In this document: in pieces, positions 50,628-51,342 of the stretch
Layout: each line of letters opens with the position of its first letter
Numbering within the stretch: the stretch's first letter is position 1
Assembly (NCBI GenBank): GCA_964655115.1
Contig: CAZZKM010000004.1
Coordinates: 1-51,342, forward strand
Length of the DNA: 51,342 nt
Direction of reading: 5' to 3'
Source: an uncultured Bifidobacterium sp.
GTDB lineage: Bacteria; Actinomycetota; Actinomycetes; S36-B12; UBA5976
Position numbers and translations under genes: made by a program
Notes under the pieces: generated by a model
Told to the model about the DNA's origin: nothing
The model's input: only the letters and a program-made list of their open reading frames with translations
Databases searched by the model: none

Positions 50628-51037
50628 CCAGTTCCGCGAGCAATAAGAGTAGCTCTTAGTGTTGCAACATCTTTATTATTTAAATCTTTAACATCACTTC
50701 TAATAGTGATGAAATCATTTCCAACTTTCGTCTTTATATCCTCAATAGTTGAAATGAAAGAAAGTTCGTCTCCTACTTTTACTGGTTTTTTATATTCAAA
50801 ACTTTGCTCACCATGGACAACTTTGTTCCAATCAAGACCAAGTTCGGGATCAAAAAGTGCTACTTGCATTGCACCCATTTGTATTGAAATTAAAAAAGTA
50901 GGACTGGCAAATCCTTCAGAGATATATAAATTTGAATCCCCAATAGATTTCGCAAAATTATCTATCTGATCTTTGGTAACTTTAAAAGTTTCTTTCGAAG
51001 GATAAGACCTATTTAGAAACGCTTGGTTTAGAGCCAC
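50624..51037 (-). CDS. MaoC-family dehydratase N-terminal-domain protein, HadA-like
   Basis: ASPTF...VVHGEQSFEYKKPVKVGDEL. GTG start, directly after rpmG. Confidence 0.85.
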   Translation of the reverse strand: MALNQAFLNRSYPSKETFKVTKDQIDNFAKSIGDSNLYISEGFASPTFLISIQMGAMQVALFDPELGLDWNKVVHGEQSFEYKKPVKVGDELSFISTIEDIKTKVGNDFITIRSDVKDLNNKDVATLRATLIARGTG

Positions 51038-51064
51038 GTTTGAGACTTAGTTAATCTTTTTTTC

Positions 51065-51229
51065 TTAACGAGTTTCTTTGTGTTCAGTGTGCTTATTGCA
51101 ACGTGGACAAAACTTTTTAACTTCTAAACGATCTGGATCGTTTCTTCTATTTTTTCTTGTAATGTAATTGCGTTCTTTGCAATCAGCACAAGCCATAGTA
51201 ATTTTTGGACGTACATCGCTTTTTGCCAT
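51065..51229 (-). CDS. rpmG: 50S ribosomal protein L33 (zinc-binding form)
   Basis: Not in the ORF track (54 aa). Manual translation: [54 protein letters not shown]. Confidence 0.97.
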   Translation of the reverse strand: MAKSDVRPKITMACADCKERNYITRKNRRNDPDRLEVKKFCPRCNKHTEHKETR

Positions 51230-51264
51230 TTCACTATCCTTTCGTATTCAAGTTTCTTACCTTG

Positions 51265-51337
51265 TAGCGGAGGCGGGAGTTGAACCCGCGACACAGCGAT
51301 TATGAGCCGCTTGCTCTGCCACCTGAGCTACTCCGCT
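51265..51337 (-). tRNA. tRNA with CAT anticodon, most likely elongator tRNA-Met
   Basis: Acceptor AGCGGAG/CTCCGCT with a paired 1:72 (so not initiator), anticodon arm AGCGG-CTCATAA-TCGCT, T-loop TTCAACT. Sits upstream of rpmG as in other actinobacteria. Ile2 is not excluded. Confidence 0.92.
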
Positions 51338-51342
51338 TTATT

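Noticed and set aside
1-51342. Alternative genetic code (TGA recoding) given the low GC
   Set aside because: Conserved genes translate full length under code 11, Trp is encoded by TGG where checked, the tRNA-Trp has a CCA anticodon, and TGA terminates the phosphoesterase.

Overview
A 51.3-kb stretch of a compact, AT-rich (roughly one-third GC by eye) Actinomycetota chromosome. The actinobacterial assignment is inferred from RpoB/RpoC, NusG with an N-terminal extension, and the tRNA-Met-rpmG-MaoC-MaoC-murB / aspC / tRNA-Trp-secE-nusG layout. It is probably a streamlined aquatic lineage such as Nanopelagicales (inference). Most of the window is the core expression cluster on the minus strand: tRNA-Met, rpmG, two MaoC dehydratases, murB, tRNA-Trp, secE, nusG, rplKAJL, rpoBC, rpsL-rpsG-fusA-tuf, the complete S10 and spc operons, secY and adk. 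The cluster breaks after adk: map is flipped head-on against adk, and infA plus the alpha operon are absent from the window. There are three accessory blocks. (1) Left end: partial AdnA-like helicase, a membrane pseudokinase/LPG-synthase-TM protein, DUF2834, AlkA and DUF2306. (2) Between rpsL and rpoC: a lipoprotein, NDH-2, DUF2200, an IclR-linked ADH-ALDH-enolase catabolic operon and a secreted protein. (3) Between rpoB and rplL: an ABC importer coupled to a signal-less metallophosphoesterase, plus DoxX. The most striking items are a CysRS-anticodon-domain/GT2-like fusion inside the rpmG-murB operon, the orphan catabolic and import operons, the map inversion, a structured RNA element before rpsH, and GC-rich patches near the starts of highly expressed transcription units. 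No CRISPR array, integrase or transposase was seen. All family assignments come from motif recognition by eye, not database searches. GC counts are hand counts on short windows.
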